A stretch of 32,000 nucleotides of DNA from NCBI GenBank assembly GCA_003599885.1, contig QZKW01000053.1, forward strand, positions 8,057 to 40,056. The letters run 5' to 3'. The stretch is from Desulfobacteraceae bacterium (GTDB lineage: Bacteria; Desulfobacterota; Desulfobacteria; Desulfobacterales; Desulfosalsimonadaceae). The notes under the pieces were generated by a model. That model was not told the origin of the DNA and did no database searches. It saw only the letters and a program-made list of their open reading frames with translations. Numbering within the stretch: the first letter of the stretch is position 1; every line of letters starts with the position of its first letter. The translations under genes and the position numbers were made by a program. This document shows positions 17,222-26,147 of the stretch, in pieces.

Positions 17222-19342
17222 ATGATGACGTCCGAAAAAAAGATGGGTTTAGGGCTTGCCAGGGGTTTCCAGATCGTTCTGGCGGTCGTTTTGGCCGGGG
17301 GCATTTTTTTCAGTAATCCCATGGAGGCTGAAGCGGCTGATTTTCTAATCGGCACCGGCATATATGACATCACCGGCCCTGCGGCGGAACTGGGCATGAT
17401 GGGTTATTCCATGCCTGACCAGAAAACCCGGGGCATCAGTATGCGGATTCGGGCGCGGGCTTTTGTGGTCGCGGACCCGGTAAGCAACCGGCGGGTAGCG
17501 CTGGTGATTGCAGACACCGGGATCATTCCTCAGGGGGTCAAGCAGCGGGTGACGGCACTCTTGGCCGCACGGTTCGGCAGTCTGTATACGGATAAAAATG
17601 TGCTGGTCAGCGCAAGCCACACGCACAGTGCGCCGGGCGCCTATTCCCATTACGCCATGTATGATCTGGCAATGCTGGGGTATGATAAAACCAATTTCAA
17701 CTGCGTGGCGGACGGCATTTTTCAATCCATTGTGCGGGCCCACGGGAACCTCACACCTGGAAATATTCTGATCAAGAGCGGCGAACTCAACAACTGCGGA
17801 TGGAACCGTTCTCCCATCGCCTATACCAATAACCCGGCCAGCGAAACCAGCCAATATACGTCCAATACCGACAAAACCATGACCCTGATGAAATTCGTGA
17901 CCGCAACCGGTCAGGAAATCGGGGCCTTCAACTGGTTTGCCGTTCATCCCACCAGCATGGGCAACACCAACAAGCTCATTACCGGGGACAATAAAGGGTA
18001 TGCCGCCTATCTGTTTGAAAAAACAATGGGAACGAATTATATGGCTGCCAATACTTTTGTGGCCGCCTTTGCCGAGAGCAATGCGGGGGATGTGTCGCCC
18101 AATATTTTCTGGGGATACCCCAATGGGGTGGATGACGCCGCTCATATGAAACTTCTGGGCGAGCGTCAGTATATGAAGGCAATGGAACTGTTCAACACCG
18201 CATCCGCGAGGTTGTCCGGCGGGGTGGATTTCCGTCATCAGTATGTGGATTTTTCAAATGAATCCATCGACAGCGCGTTTATGCCTCAGGGTGAAGGCAG
18301 CGGCCACACCTGTGGGGCAGGCATCGGCGTGTCTATGCTGGCGGGAAGCACCGAAGACGGCAAAGGCATTGATATCGGGGAAGGCATCACCTATCCCTAT
18401 GATATTTCCATCCTGGGAAGCGTGTTTCCCTGGGAATTTACTATCATGCCCGAAGAGCAGGCCTGCCACGGGGAAAAGCCCATTATCCTGCCCATGGGAA
18501 GCATCCGGCCCCAGGGTATTCCCCTGACTCCGGAAGTTCTGCCGGTTCAGATCCTCAAAATCGGCAATCTGGCCATCATCGGTCAGCCTACGGAAATAAC
18601 CACCATGGCCGGACGCAGGCTTCAGGAAACGGTATTGAACGCATTGGGAGGGGCAGTGGATTACGTGGTGATCGCGGGGCTTTCCAATGCCTATGCCGGA
18701 TATACAACGACCCGGGAAGAATACGCAATGCAGCATTATGAAGGCGCTTCCACCCATTTCGGGCCTTATTCCCTCAATGCCTATCAGCAGCGGTTTGCGG
18801 GCATTGCATCGGACATGGCTGCCGGCAGGGCATCGGCTGCCGGCCCCGTCCCCAGAGATATCAGCAATAATCAAATTCTGAATGTGCCCGGAGTGGTGTT
18901 TGACGACAAACCCCTGGGAACGGATTTCGGAAGCGTTGAGACAAACGCCAATGCTTCCTACAACCGGGGGGCGACGGTCCGCGTGGTATTCTGGGGCGCG
19001 CATCCCCGAAACAATCTGCGGATACAGGGCACGTTTTTAACCGTGGAAAAAGTCAATACGGTTGAAGTCTGCCGCAATGAGAAAGTCGGGTGCGACACTG
19101 TGACGGTTTGTGAAAACAGGGTCACCGGATATACCGCGGTGGCAAGGGACTGGGACCCTGAAACGGTTTATCAATGGGAACGAAGCGGCATCGCCAATTC
19201 CAAGGTCACAATTTCCTGGACCATTCCGGCAAACACCCCGCCCGGACAATACCGGATCCGGCATTTCGGCAACTGGAAGTCCGGATGGACCGGCGCCATT
19301 ACGGCGTATGAAGGCGTATCCAGAGTGTTTACTGTAAACTGA
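17222..19342 (+). CDS. neutral/alkaline non-lysosomal ceramidase family protein, secreted
   Basis: 706 aa. GGGGGAGGGG RBS and signal peptide (LAVVLAGGIFFSNPMEAEA). N-terminal family signature IGTGIYDITGPAAELGMMGY...RARAFVV, Zn-site-like SASHTHSAPG, and a C-terminal beta-domain (RIRHFGNWKSGW). Confidence 0.85.
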   Translation: MMTSEKKMGLGLARGFQIVLAVVLAGGIFFSNPMEAEAADFLIGTGIYDITGPAAELGMMGYSMPDQKTRGISMRIRARAFVVADPVSNRRVALVIADTGIIPQGVKQRVTALLAARFGSLYTDKNVLVSASHTHSAPGAYSHYAMYDLAMLGYDKTNFNCVADGIFQSIVRAHGNLTPGNILIKSGELNNCGWNRSPIAYTNNPASETSQYTSNTDKTMTLMKFVTATGQEIGAFNWFAVHPTSMGNTNKLITGDNKGYAAYLFEKTMGTNYMAANTFVAAFAESNAGDVSPNIFWGYPNGVDDAAHMKLLGERQYMKAMELFNTASARLSGGVDFRHQYVDFSNESIDSAFMPQGEGSGHTCGAGIGVSMLAGSTEDGKGIDIGEGITYPYDISILGSVFPWEFTIMPEEQACHGEKPIILPMGSIRPQGIPLTPEVLPVQILKIGNLAIIGQPTEITTMAGRRLQETVLNALGGAVDYVVIAGLSNAYAGYTTTREEYAMQHYEGASTHFGPYSLNAYQQRFAGIASDMAAGRASAAGPVPRDISNNQILNVPGVVFDDKPLGTDFGSVETNANASYNRGATVRVVFWGAHPRNNLRIQGTFLTVEKVNTVEVCRNEKVGCDTVTVCENRVTGYTAVARDWDPETVYQWERSGIANSKVTISWTIPANTPPGQYRIRHFGNWKSGWTGAITAYEGVSRVFTVN

Positions 19343-19349
19343 CGGATTC

Positions 19350-20807
19350 ATGCTGTATCCGCTGCTCTCGCCATGGATCAAATTCCCGGCGCTCGGAATC
19401 TTACTGAACGGGATTTATTTCGGGCTGATTCTGGCGGGAATGACGGTGGCAGCGGTTCTTTTTTACAAACAAATGGCCCGGACCGGGGTTGATCCAAACC
19501 GGCTCCGGGCCTTTGTTGTTCTGTCCGGCGTCATGGCGTTTCCCCTGGGCGTGATCGGTTCCCAGGCCGCCAACATGTTCTATTTCCCGCCGGAACAGTG
19601 GAGTTTCGTTTTTTTTTCAGAGCAATTCTTTTCCGGTCCCCACCAGACGTTTCATGCTTCCCTGATTCTGCCCCTTGCATTTCTTCTCGTCATGGCGGCG
19701 GTCTTCCGGCTGAACCTTTCGCATGTGGCGGATACGGTGTTTCTTTATCTTCCGCTGGGCCATGCCGTTGGCAGGACCGGGTGCTTTCTGGTGGGTTGCT
19801 GCTGGGGAAATTTTGTCACATTGACCTGCATTGGAAGGGAATTCTCATTCCATAATCCGGTTCCCCTGTATGAAGTGCTGCTGAATTTATTTTTGTTCTT
19901 TTTTTTACGATTCCATTACCGGCGAATCTACGTGACACGGCAATTGGAGGGGCAGGGCGGCAGGGTGACTGCCTTGTATTTGGTGGGGTACGGCGCTATC
20001 CGCATGCTGCTTGAAACCATCCGCCCGGAGCAGGTGGTGGGCTTTGGCATGACTCTGGCCCAGTGGGGTATGATGGTTTTTATGCTCACAGGACTGGTGA
20101 TGCAGGCCCTGATTTTCTGTCACCGGCATGCCCGAAAAACCGAATCAATGAATAGGTCTCTGCATCCGGCTGTTGTCCGGCTGGCGGGTTTTCTGCTGAG
20201 TCTGGTGCTGGTTGCCGGAGCCGCAGCCTTTCTGCTTAACAGGAAACTGATTCCCTGGCCGTTTCACGGTGCGGACACAGTTGCCGGAACCTGGGGGAGG
20301 ATTCCCGTTTACCTGCCGTTGACTGTTTTTTCGCTGGGCTCGATTTTCTGGATCAGCGACACGACCCGGCCGGTTTGGAATCACTTCCGGCGGGGCCGGT
20401 TTTCCCCATCCTTTCTGGCAGGGCTTGCTGTCAGTGCAGGGTATAGCCTCTATCTCTACCTGTCGTGCAGTTTCGCGTTAAAGGGGATGGGTTTTGTCTT
20501 TCCGGCCATGGCGCTTGGCCTGCTGAATGCCGTGACCGAAGAACTGCTCTTCCGGCTGGTTCTGTTTCAGCTCCTTTTTCGTCTGATCGGATCAATGAAA
20601 TGGTCCAACCTGGTTCAGGCAGTGATTTACGGCTTTCCCCACCTGTTTATCGGCGGGCCGGCATTTTTTGGGTATGCTGCTTTTTACGGTCTGGTTCTTG
20701 GATGGATCACCCGGACAAACAGGAGCATCCTGCCGGCCATAATCTGTCATTTTATTGCCGATATCGGCGCAGTGGGCCTTCCGCTGCTGGTCAATCCCTT
20801 ACGATAA
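19350..20807 (+). CDS. fusion protein: divergent Lgt-like (prolipoprotein diacylglyceryl transferase family) domain + CPBP/Abi intramembrane glutamic protease domain
   Basis: Residues ~1-258 carry Lgt-family blocks: FHAS, GRTGCFLVGCCWG (19770-19808), HNPVPLYEVLLN, LVGYGAIRMLLETIR. Residues ~355-485 carry the CPBP motifs TEELLFR (about 20535-20555), YGFPHLF and ICHFIADIG. The start is 8 nt after the ceramidase stop. Confidence 0.7.
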   Translation: MLYPLLSPWIKFPALGILLNGIYFGLILAGMTVAAVLFYKQMARTGVDPNRLRAFVVLSGVMAFPLGVIGSQAANMFYFPPEQWSFVFFSEQFFSGPHQTFHASLILPLAFLLVMAAVFRLNLSHVADTVFLYLPLGHAVGRTGCFLVGCCWGNFVTLTCIGREFSFHNPVPLYEVLLNLFLFFFLRFHYRRIYVTRQLEGQGGRVTALYLVGYGAIRMLLETIRPEQVVGFGMTLAQWGMMVFMLTGLVMQALIFCHRHARKTESMNRSLHPAVVRLAGFLLSLVLVAGAAAFLLNRKLIPWPFHGADTVAGTWGRIPVYLPLTVFSLGSIFWISDTTRPVWNHFRRGRFSPSFLAGLAVSAGYSLYLYLSCSFALKGMGFVFPAMALGLLNAVTEELLFRLVLFQLLFRLIGSMKWSNLVQAVIYGFPHLFIGGPAFFGYAAFYGLVLGWITRTNRSILPAIICHFIADIGAVGLPLLVNPLR

Positions 20808-21215
20808 ATATTTATTTTTAACCTGGTCGATTTCATTTTTCACGTTTGTAGCCAGTTTTTCGACCAGATTGATAGCGGCTTTGGCAACCGCCATGGCCTG
20901 GGCATCATGGAACTTTTGATAGAGGGATTCAATTTTCTGAATGGCTTCGGTGACCCGGCTCTCATCCAGCTCGGAAAAGTCAATAGGTCCGTTCTGCATG
21001 AAATCGGATGCGTCAAATTCATAAGGAATCCGTTCTGCGGCCTTATTTTTCATATCCACATGGGTGGGCATTTCGAATTCGCCGGAGATGATATTGTTAA
21101 ACCGCAGGTTGCAGATCTCCTTGGCGCAGTCTTTGGCGATGTTCCAGTATTTTTGAAGATTGGCATTTTCTGCAAAATAATTCATGACGCGCACTTCAAG
21201 ATCTTGATTCTTCAT
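20799..21215 (-). CDS. hypothetical protein (138 aa, soluble, helical C-terminus)
   Basis: ORF with an ATGA start/stop overlap to the upstream DUF1285-like gene (21212-21215). No family recognised. Its 3' end overlaps the convergent Lgt-CPBP gene by 9 nt. Confidence 0.5.
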   Translation of the reverse strand: MKNQDLEVRVMNYFAENANLQKYWNIAKDCAKEICNLRFNNIISGEFEMPTHVDMKNKAAERIPYEFDASDFMQNGPIDFSELDESRVTEAIQKIESLYQKFHDAQAMAVAKAAINLVEKLATNVKNEIDQVKNKYLS

Positions 21216-21745
21216 TTTGTCTCCCTTTTTTCTGGAATTGTGAACATTTTGTCGTTGTACTCAAGAAACAACAATCCATCCTTCTCTATAATAAAGGACG
21301 ACAGCTTTAGCATCGCCCGTTCGGAAAATTTAATGGGCTCATTATTTTCAAGGACATAGAGATTGTCCTCTTTGGTATAGAGGCTGTTTGGATCTAACGG
21401 AAACTGTTTTCCGGTGTTCAGGACCAGAGAAATGTTTTCATCCGGCAGAATATCAAAAACAAACAGCGCCGTGTCTTCATAGCAAAAATAGACCTTTTCC
21501 AGCAAGTCATCTCTGACCTGAGAGACAAAATATCCTTTGTCGTCTTTTGAGATGGCGGCGTGGAAATAATCGATGATTTTTTTGTTGCGGAATTTTCCGC
21601 CTTCATTGCACCAGAACCCGGCCTTGTCCAGCCAGAATACGGCTTCTTCTTTTGGAATGATAATTTCCCGGAGTTTATTTGTCATTATGGCAACTGGGTA
21701 AATCCACGTGGATGGCAGGTTGTTTTTTTTCTTGCAGTTTGTCAT
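21212..21745 (-). CDS. DUF1285-like protein
   Basis: The segment FWLDKAGFWCNEGGKFRNKKIIDYFHAAISKDDKGYFV...VYFCYEDTALFVFDI resembles the DUF1285 pattern (DG-W-hxG-pI...LF...L..d..G.Y.L...V.VeD.pf) from memory. An alternative start is Met21 (21685). Confidence 0.45.
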   Translation of the reverse strand: MTNCKKKNNLPSTWIYPVAIMTNKLREIIIPKEEAVFWLDKAGFWCNEGGKFRNKKIIDYFHAAISKDDKGYFVSQVRDDLLEKVYFCYEDTALFVFDILPDENISLVLNTGKQFPLDPNSLYTKEDNLYVLENNEPIKFSERAMLKLSSFIIEKDGLLFLEYNDKMFTIPEKRETK

Positions 21746-21823
21746 GAAATGGTGAGAGTTTCAAGGCATAATCCACTATCATTTGTTTGTCCCTGAAATC
21801 CTCCTTGAAAAGGAACAAAATTA

Positions 21824-22267
21824 ATGAAGACAATCGCTTATGGAACAGTTTTTTCTGTAATGGCCGGATTGCTGCTGCTCGTCAGCGCCTGCAGCAGTTC
21901 AAAAGTCGGGATGCAAAACAACCGCCTCCTGCCGTGCCCGGACTCGCCCAATTGTGTGTCATCATTTGAGACAGATTCCGCTCATTATGTTGAACCACTG
22001 CGTTATGAGGGCTCCAAAGCAGATGCGCGCCAAAAACTCCTGTCCATCCTGAATACAACAAAACGGGTAAAAGTGGTCACATCGGAAGAAACGTATATCC
22101 ATGCGGAATTCACTTCCCTGATCTTCCGGTTTGTGGATGATGTGGAATTTTATCTGGATGAAAAAGAACCGGTTATTCATGTCCGTTCTGCGTCACGGGT
22201 CGGGTATTCAGACCTGGGGGCCAACCGGAAGCGCGTGGAAGAAATCCGGCGGCAATTCATTCAATAA
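21824..22267 (+). CDS. DUF1499 domain lipoprotein
   Basis: Lipobox LLLLVSAC followed by the LLPCPDSPNCVSS motif characteristic of DUF1499. 147 aa. Confidence 0.8.
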   Translation: MKTIAYGTVFSVMAGLLLLVSACSSSKVGMQNNRLLPCPDSPNCVSSFETDSAHYVEPLRYEGSKADARQKLLSILNTTKRVKVVTSEETYIHAEFTSLIFRFVDDVEFYLDEKEPVIHVRSASRVGYSDLGANRKRVEEIRRQFIQ

Positions 22268-22281
22268 AAAAGCGAAAGCAG

Positions 22282-22620
22282 ATGCATACCAGTCTCCTGG
22301 AGTTTTCACATCCCCAACTAAACGAGCGGGTGACCGCCATCGGCGGCAGTTATGTTCTGCTCAAGGAAGTTTGCCTGCCGTTTGACGGTGAAACACTGTT
22401 GTATCTGATCGGCGCGGCCATATTCGACACCACCTGCTGCGGGACCGGCGGATGCGCCTATGCGCTTGTTCCGGGGTTTGTGCGGCATTGGAAATATGAG
22501 ACGGATGCAACCGGTCGGCCGGTGTCGCAAGTGTCGCCGGTGACCGGTGACCGTCTGCGGGAGAGGGTAAAAGCCGTTATTTTCAAAAAAGAGTCCGTTC
22601 ATCAGGTGGATTTTATGTAA
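22282..22620 (+). CDS. hypothetical small protein with CCGTGGC cysteine motif
   Basis: 112-aa ORF, same strand as the acylase gene and 45 nt upstream of it. No family recognised. Confidence 0.45.
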   Translation: MHTSLLEFSHPQLNERVTAIGGSYVLLKEVCLPFDGETLLYLIGAAIFDTTCCGTGGCAYALVPGFVRHWKYETDATGRPVSQVSPVTGDRLRERVKAVIFKKESVHQVDFM

Positions 22621-22665
22621 ATGATGAGACATTTCCCATACAACAAAATTTGCAGGAGTCCGGCC

Positions 22666-25221
22666 ATGAGTGCTTATCATCGGATGCGTTATCAGTGGAT
22701 GCTTCACCAGTGCTGCCTGATTTTTTTAAGTCTGATTCTTTCCGGATGCGGGAATCTTTTTGATCTGGCCTTACGAAAAACCGCTGATCCGGATGAGGGC
22801 TCGGTATCGCTTGCGGGAATCCATGACACGGTGACCATCCGCCGGGATGACCTGGGCATTCCGGTAATTGAGGCGAAGAATCTTCATGATCTGGTGTTTG
22901 CGGCCGGTTATGCCATGGCCTCCGACCGTCTGGCGCAAATGGTGACTTTTTCCCTGCTCGGGCAGGGCCGCTTGTCTGAAATGGCGGGGAAAGTCGCCCT
23001 GGATATGGACGTCTATGTCCGCACCATGGGGGTGGCCGAAGCTGCAAGGGCTGAATTCACCGGCATGAACCCGGAAATCAGGGATGCACTGAGCGCATTT
23101 TCCGATGGCATTAATGCCTACATCACCACCCACCGCGACCAACTGCCGCTGGATTTCAAAATTTCCGGATACACGCCGGAACCCTGGGAACCGGTTAATT
23201 CCATGTACATTGCCCATGTGTTTAACCTGGGGCTGTCTTTTAATCTTCATGAAGAGATCGCTTTTTTAAATATGGCGGGTGCTGTAGGAGCGTCCAAAGC
23301 CGCCTGGCTGATGCCGGTGTATCCGGATGAAACGCTGCCGTTTGAAAAAGCCGCAGCCCTTGAAGGAATTAATTTAAAGGGGATGATGCGGACGGCTGAA
23401 AATATCAGCCAGGTGCATCGGCAGCTCAAATACGTCATCGCGCCCCCGGGAACGGCCGCATCGAATAACTGGGGCATTGCTCCGCAAAATACCCTGAAAC
23501 AGGCGAGCATTATTGCCAATGATACGCATCTTCCGCTGGAGCAGCCATCCATGTGGATGCTGATGCACCTGAAGTGTCCGGATATGGATGCCGCGGGGGT
23601 TGCCATTGCCGGAGTTCCCGGCATTGTGGCGGGGTATAACGGGCATATCGCCTGGGGCGAAACCATGGTCATGGGAGACAATCAGGACGTATTTATCGAG
23701 CAGCTGAAAGAGATCAGCGGAAAGCCCCATTATTTCTATAAAGGGAAGTGGCTGCCGGTGGTTGAACGGCAGGAGACGTTTAAAATCAAAGGGAAGGGTG
23801 ATCTGATCCAGACCATTGATTCCACAAATCATGGACCGCTTCTGAATCCTGCCATTAAAAATTCGCCGAAAAACATTATGCAGCCGCCGGCCATTGAGGT
23901 GGAGTCCGTTTACGGTCTTGCGGTGCAGTCTGTGATTTCCCATCCCGGCCAGTCCTTTAATGGCGTGTATGAACTGATGCGGGCAACGGATATGGAAAGC
24001 GCACGGGATGCAATCCGCAAGGTTCGGTCCATGTCCTTGAATTTTATTTATGGAAACGCGGACCAGATCGCCTGGCAGGTCAGCGGAAGATATCCCGTCC
24101 GCCAGTCCGGAAGGGGCCATCTGCCGTCTCCCGGCTGGACTGGAGAATATGACTGGAAGGGGTATGCGGAAGTGGATGATCATCCGTATGTCAAGGACCC
24201 GCCGGATGGGTATCTGTATACGGCCAACAACCGGACCATCACGCCGGACCATGATCCGGTCCTTTCCTCTTCCTGGTGTACACCGGAAAGATCCGAACGC
24301 ATTGGGGAGATGCTGGAAAAAACCAATCGGCACACCTGGCAGGAATCCGTTGACATGCACCGGGACCGGACGGATTTGCTGGTGAAAAAATTTCAGTCTG
24401 TTTTGTTTGCCCCGGCATTTTCAGCCGATGTCCGGAAGCGGATCCAGTCATGGAAAGACGGGGAAAAAATTCAAAATGCCAATGAAGCCATGGAAATCCT
24501 GAAGTCCTTTGACGGCAATATGCTGCCGGAATCCAAAGGGGCGGCTGTGATGGGAATTTTTCAGCATGTGTTTATTCATCAGGTGTTTTCAGATGAATTG
24601 GGCCCTCCGGGCAGTCCGGCCTGGCAAAGCTTTATCATGGCGATTCAGGCGGTGTATTCCGCAGACCAGGACCATCTGCTCGGGCGTCTGGACAGTCCTT
24701 TCTGGGATAATATCAACACGCCGGAAAAAGAAACAAAGGCCGATATAATTGCGGAATCGCTGGCAGATGCCATTGCCTATGCTGAAGCGCATCTGGGGCG
24801 TGATCGTGAGCAGTGGCAGTGGGGACGGCTGTTGACGTATGAATGGCGAACCCAGACCACACAAATGAAGAATTTCCTGCCTGCCATGCAGCAATTCGGG
24901 GTAAGGGTGATGGGCAAATATACGGACCGGGGGCCCTATGCTGCCGGCGGCAGCTATAATACCTTAAATGTGGCCGGAAACCTCAAAGGCGAAAATTTCA
25001 ACGTATGGCTGGTGCCGGCCATGAGGATGATTGTGGATTTCGGCCTGGATGAACCCCTGTTCCTGACCAACAGCAGTGGTCAGTCCGGCAATCCGGTAAG
25101 CTCCCATTATGATGATGCCATTCCTGTGTGGTTAAAGGGCGACACCCGGTCTATGCCGTTTAAAGAGGGGAATATCAAAGCACAATATACCCATTCGTAT
25201 GTGTTGAAACCGAAATCGTGA
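22666..25221 (+). CDS. penicillin acylase family Ntn-hydrolase lipoprotein (possible acyl-homoserine-lactone / lipopeptide acylase)
   Basis: AGGAG (22654-22658) lies 7 nt before ATG 22666; the track ORF begins at 22621. Lipobox LILSGC has its Cys at 22747-22749. The alpha/beta autoprocessing junction GTAA|SNNWGIAP has the nucleophile Ser codon at 23461-23463. Length is about 850 aa. Confidence 0.85.
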   Translation: MSAYHRMRYQWMLHQCCLIFLSLILSGCGNLFDLALRKTADPDEGSVSLAGIHDTVTIRRDDLGIPVIEAKNLHDLVFAAGYAMASDRLAQMVTFSLLGQGRLSEMAGKVALDMDVYVRTMGVAEAARAEFTGMNPEIRDALSAFSDGINAYITTHRDQLPLDFKISGYTPEPWEPVNSMYIAHVFNLGLSFNLHEEIAFLNMAGAVGASKAAWLMPVYPDETLPFEKAAALEGINLKGMMRTAENISQVHRQLKYVIAPPGTAASNNWGIAPQNTLKQASIIANDTHLPLEQPSMWMLMHLKCPDMDAAGVAIAGVPGIVAGYNGHIAWGETMVMGDNQDVFIEQLKEISGKPHYFYKGKWLPVVERQETFKIKGKGDLIQTIDSTNHGPLLNPAIKNSPKNIMQPPAIEVESVYGLAVQSVISHPGQSFNGVYELMRATDMESARDAIRKVRSMSLNFIYGNADQIAWQVSGRYPVRQSGRGHLPSPGWTGEYDWKGYAEVDDHPYVKDPPDGYLYTANNRTITPDHDPVLSSSWCTPERSERIGEMLEKTNRHTWQESVDMHRDRTDLLVKKFQSVLFAPAFSADVRKRIQSWKDGEKIQNANEAMEILKSFDGNMLPESKGAAVMGIFQHVFIHQVFSDELGPPGSPAWQSFIMAIQAVYSADQDHLLGRLDSPFWDNINTPEKETKADIIAESLADAIAYAEAHLGRDREQWQWGRLLTYEWRTQTTQMKNFLPAMQQFGVRVMGKYTDRGPYAAGGSYNTLNVAGNLKGENFNVWLVPAMRMIVDFGLDEPLFLTNSSGQSGNPVSSHYDDAIPVWLKGDTRSMPFKEGNIKAQYTHSYVLKPKS

Positions 25222-25264
25222 TGTTTATGCAACTGTCAAATTTTAAACGCAATATGTGGGCCAT

Positions 25265-26080
25265 ATGAAAAAAAACGATGCGTTCGCCGATAAAAGCGGC
25301 ACACCACCCCTGGCCGCCGACCGGCTTGTTTCAATGGAAGGCGCGGTGAATTTTCGGGACATCGGCGGATACCACACAGCGGATGGCCGCCAGGTGAAGT
25401 GGGGCAGGGTGTTCCGGTCGGACGGCCTGGCCCGGCTGACGTTAAAGGACCATGAGACGCTGCGTCGCATTGGGCTTCGCCGGATTTTCGATTTTCGGAC
25501 CCCGGCTGAAGTCGGCGCATCCCCGGATTATTTGCCGGAAGGCGGCGCCATCGAATACGTCAACCTCCCGGTGAGGCACGGAGCCATTGATTTTACCGTC
25601 GCCATGAAGCGGTTGCAAAAAGGGGATGTCGCCTGGATGACCCCGCATTTTATGGAGAGCGGTTACATCCGGAATCTGGAAGAGTATGGGAACGTCTGGG
25701 GACAGGTGATCCGTTATCTCGCGGATGTTTCAGATGATCACGCGATACTCTTTCACTGCACGGGGGGGAAGGACAGGACCGGAACCTGCGCGGCCCTGAT
25801 TCTGCTCATGCTGGGAGTGGATGAAGAAACGGTGATATCCGATCATCAGTTGTCCAATGGGTATATTGCCCACATGCTGCCGGATATTTATCGGCTGATC
25901 GCCTCTTATGGCATTGATCCCGATCTCCTGGTCCCCTATTTTACGGCTCCCCGTGAAGGAATTGTGACCGTTTTAAGCCGTATCCGGGAAGTCTACGGGT
26001 CCGCCTCCGATTATCTTTCAAAAAAGGCGGGGGTAAAAAAAGAAACGCAGGAGCTTATCATAGAGAGGCTCCTGCGTTAA
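25265..26080 (+). CDS. tyrosine-protein phosphatase (CX5R, Y_phosphatase3-like)
   Basis: P-loop HCTGGKDRTG and the upstream NFRDIGG motif typical of this bacterial PTP-like family. ATG at 25265; the track ORF starts at GTG 25256. Confidence 0.8.
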   Translation: MKKNDAFADKSGTPPLAADRLVSMEGAVNFRDIGGYHTADGRQVKWGRVFRSDGLARLTLKDHETLRRIGLRRIFDFRTPAEVGASPDYLPEGGAIEYVNLPVRHGAIDFTVAMKRLQKGDVAWMTPHFMESGYIRNLEEYGNVWGQVIRYLADVSDDHAILFHCTGGKDRTGTCAALILLMLGVDEETVISDHQLSNGYIAHMLPDIYRLIASYGIDPDLLVPYFTAPREGIVTVLSRIREVYGSASDYLSKKAGVKKETQELIIERLLR

Positions 26081-26147
26081 GATATGAATTGTTGGCTGAA
26101 CTTCGGCAAAGGCCGCATACGGAGAATTGCCGGATGCCGGAGCGGAA

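Noticed and set aside
17345-19003. Two long minus-strand ORFs (297 aa and 249 aa) inside the ceramidase gene
   Set aside because: They are antisense to a 706-aa ORF with clear family motifs. Their translations are Gly/His/Arg/Pro-rich with no motifs, so they are shadow ORFs.
23374-24360. 328-aa minus-strand ORF inside the acylase gene
   Set aside because: It is antisense to an ORF with a lipobox and the SNNW Ntn junction, and its composition is atypical. It is a shadow ORF. The same reasoning applies to 1523-2137(+), 15517-16158(+) and 11830-12363(+).
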